Shown here: one piece after another, positions 61,126 to 64,000 of the stretch | How the letters are laid out: every line of letters begins with the position of its first letter | How positions within the stretch are numbered: position 1 is the first letter of the stretch | Assembly: GCF_009914755.1 (NCBI RefSeq) | Contig: NC_060934.1 | Origin: the human T2T-CHM13v2.0 reference genome, Homo sapiens | Direction: 5' to 3' (one strand) | Length of the DNA stretch: 64,000 nt | Notes under the pieces: model-generated | What the model saw: the letters and a program-made list of their open reading frames with translations, nothing else | Told to the model about the DNA's origin: nothing | The model's database searches: none | Position numbers and translations under genes: made by a program

Positions 61126-63412
61126 TGATATGGTATGGCTGTGTCCCCATTCAAATCTCAACTTGAATTGTACCTCCCAGAATTCCCACATGTTGTGGGA
61201 AGGACCCAGGGGGAGGTGACTGAATTATGGGGGCCTGTCTTTCCCATGCTATTCTCGTGATAGTGAATAAGTCTCATGAGATCTGATGGGTTTATCAGGG
61301 GTTTCCACTTTTGCTTCTTCCTCATTTCTCTCTTGCTGCTGCCATGTAAGAAATGTCTTTCATCCTCCGCCATGATTATGAGACCTCCCCAGCCATGTGG
61401 AACTGTAAGTCAGATTAAACCTCCTTTTCTTCCCAGTCTTTGGTATGTCTTTATCAGCAGTGCAAAAATGGACTAATACAGTAAATTGGTACCAGTAGAG
61501 TGGGGAGTTGCTGAAAAGATACCTGAAAATGTGGAAGCAACTTTGGAACTGGGTAACAGGCAGAGGCTGGAACAGTTTTGGAGGGCTCAGAAGAAGACAG
61601 AAAAATTTGGGAAAGTTTGGAATTTCCTAGAGACTTGTTGAATAGCTTTGACCAAAAGCCTGATAGCAATATGGACAACAAGGTCCAGGCTGAGGTGGTC
61701 TCAGATAGAGATGAGCAACTCGTTGGGAACTGGTGCAAAGGTGACTCTTGTTATGTTTCAGCAAAGAGACTGGTGGCATTTTGCTCCTGCCCTAGAGATC
61801 TGTGGAACTTTAAACTTGAGAGAGATGATTTAGGGTATCTGCAGAAGAAATTTCTAAGCAAAAAAGCATTCAAGAGGTGACTTGGGTACTGTTAAAAGCA
61901 CTCCATTTTAAAAGGGAAACAGTACAAAAGTTCAAAAAATGTGCAGCCTGATTATGCAGTAGAAAAGAAAAACCCATTTTTTGAGGAGAAATTCAAGCTG
62001 ACTGCAGAAATTTGCATAAGTCGCAAGGAGCCTAATGTGACTCCCCAGGACCATGGGGAAAATGTCTCCAGGCCATGTCAGAGACCTTCACGGCAGTCCC
62101 TCCCATCACAGACCTGGAGGCCCAGGAGGAAAAATTGGTTTCATAGACCTGGCCCTGGGTACCCATGCTGTGTGGAGCTTAGGGACTTGGTGCTCTGTGT
62201 CCCAGCAGCTCCAGCCATGGTTGAAAGGGGCCAACGTAGAGCTTGGGCTGTGGCTTCAGAGGGTGGAAACCCCAAGCCTTAGCAGCTTCCACATAGTGTT
62301 GAGCCTGTGGGTGCACAGAAGTCAAAAATTGAGGTTTGGGAACCTCTGCCTAGATTTCAGAAGATGTATGGAAACACCGGGATGCCCAGGCAGAAGTTTG
62401 CTGCAGGGGTGGGGCCCTCTTGGAGAACCTCTGCTAGGGCAGTGCGGAAGGGAAATGTGGGGTCAGAGCCTCCAAGCAGAGTCCCTACTGGGGACCTGCC
62501 TAGTGGAGCTGTGAGAAGAGGGCCACTGTCCTCCAGACCCCAGAATGGTAGATCCACAAACAGCTTGCACTGTGCACCTGGAAAAGCCACAGACACTTAG
62601 TGCCAGCCTGAGAAAGCAGTGAGAGGGAGGCTGTACCCTGAAAAGCCATAGGGACGGAGCTGCCCAACACCATGGGAACCCACCTCTTGCATCAGCATGA
62701 CATGGATATGAGACCTGGAGTCAAAGGAGATAATTTTGGAGCTTTAAAATTTGACTGCCCTGCTGGATTTCAGACTTGCGTGGGTCCTGTAATCCTTTTA
62801 TTTTGGCCAATTTCTCCCATTTGGAACTGCTGTATTTATCCAACACCTCTACCCCCCATTGTATCTAGGAAGTAACTAGCTTGCTTTTGATTTTACAGAC
62901 TCATAGGTGGAAGGGACTTGCCTTGTCTTGGATGAAACTTTGGACTGTGGACTTTTGGGTTGATGCTGAAATGGGTTAAAACTTTGGGGGACTATTGGGA
63001 AGGCATGATTGGTGTTGAAATGTGAGGACATGAGATTTGGAGGGGCCAGGGATGGAATGATATGGTTTGTCTGTGTCCCCATTCAAATCTCAACTTGAAT
63101 TCTATCTCCCAGAATTCCCATGTGTTTTGGGAGGGACCCAGGGGGAGGTAATTGAATCATGGAGGCCAGTCTTTCCCATGCTATTCTCATGACAGTAAAT
63201 AAGTCTCATGAGATCTGATGGGTTTATCAGGGGTTTCTGCTTATGTGTCTTCCTCAATTCTCTCTTGCTGCCACCATGTAAGAAGTGCCTTTTGCCCTCT
63301 GCCATGGTTATGAGACCTCCACAGCCATGCAGAACTGTAAGTCAAACTAAACCTCCTTTTCTTCCCAGTCTCAGGTATGTCTTTATCAGCAGCGTAAAAA
63401 CAGACAAATACA
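61126..63412 (+). mobile_element. Full-length THE1A MaLR provirus: 5' LTR 61126-61480, internal 61481-63057, 3' LTR 63058-63412
   Basis: Two 355-bp LTRs (tgatatgg...aataca); internal region starts 'gtaaattggtaccagtagagtgggg'; purine-rich tract before the 3' LTR; TSD tgtac/tatac. Confidence 0.98.
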
Positions 63413-63477
63413 TATACATTAAATCATATTTGCTTAATTTTAAATTGTTGCCATAATGGAGTAAATTTGTAAAATAA

Positions 63478-63975
<498 letters not shown>

Positions 63976-64000
63976 TAACTGTCTTCTGTGACAGTGAAAA

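Noticed and set aside
61578-62875. ORFs inside the THE1A internal region
   Set aside because: Fragments of the decayed MaLR internal ORF broken by stops and frameshifts; not a host gene

Overview
This is primate (human-like) non-coding genomic DNA, GC-moderate and very rich in MIR and L2. I found no credible protein-coding gene, tRNA, rRNA or CRISPR array; the six-frame ORFs are chance ORFs or fall in repeats. I could not identify the locus from sequence alone. Most recognisable content is interspersed repeats: Alus (several with clear target-site duplications, TSDs), a complete two-LTR THE1A MaLR provirus (61126-63412), a THE1B-type solo LTR, an ERV9/LTR12F solo LTR with seven CCAAT boxes, an ERVL solo LTR, MLT1 and LTR16 LTRs, hAT MITEs (MER5, MER20, MER3, MER63, MER94, MER103), old L1ME/L1MC fragments, microsatellites and a 37-bp minisatellite. 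Between the repeats sit several AT-rich, repeat-free islands dense in homeodomain/PBX/MEIS/POU/FOX motifs, resembling developmental enhancers in a gene desert or long intron. Structures not explained by standard repeat annotation: a ~220-bp diverged inverted duplication hidden in two low-complexity tracts 3 kb apart (46033-46262 / 49239-49454), a candidate spliced plus-strand non-coding transcript (exons 48530-48650, 48942-49047, possibly 52600-52810) downstream of the LTR12F promoter, a ~110-bp direct repeat flanking an old L1 fragment, and a 152-bp tandem duplication. Repeat subfamily names come from recalled consensus motifs, and boundaries of old repeats are approximate.
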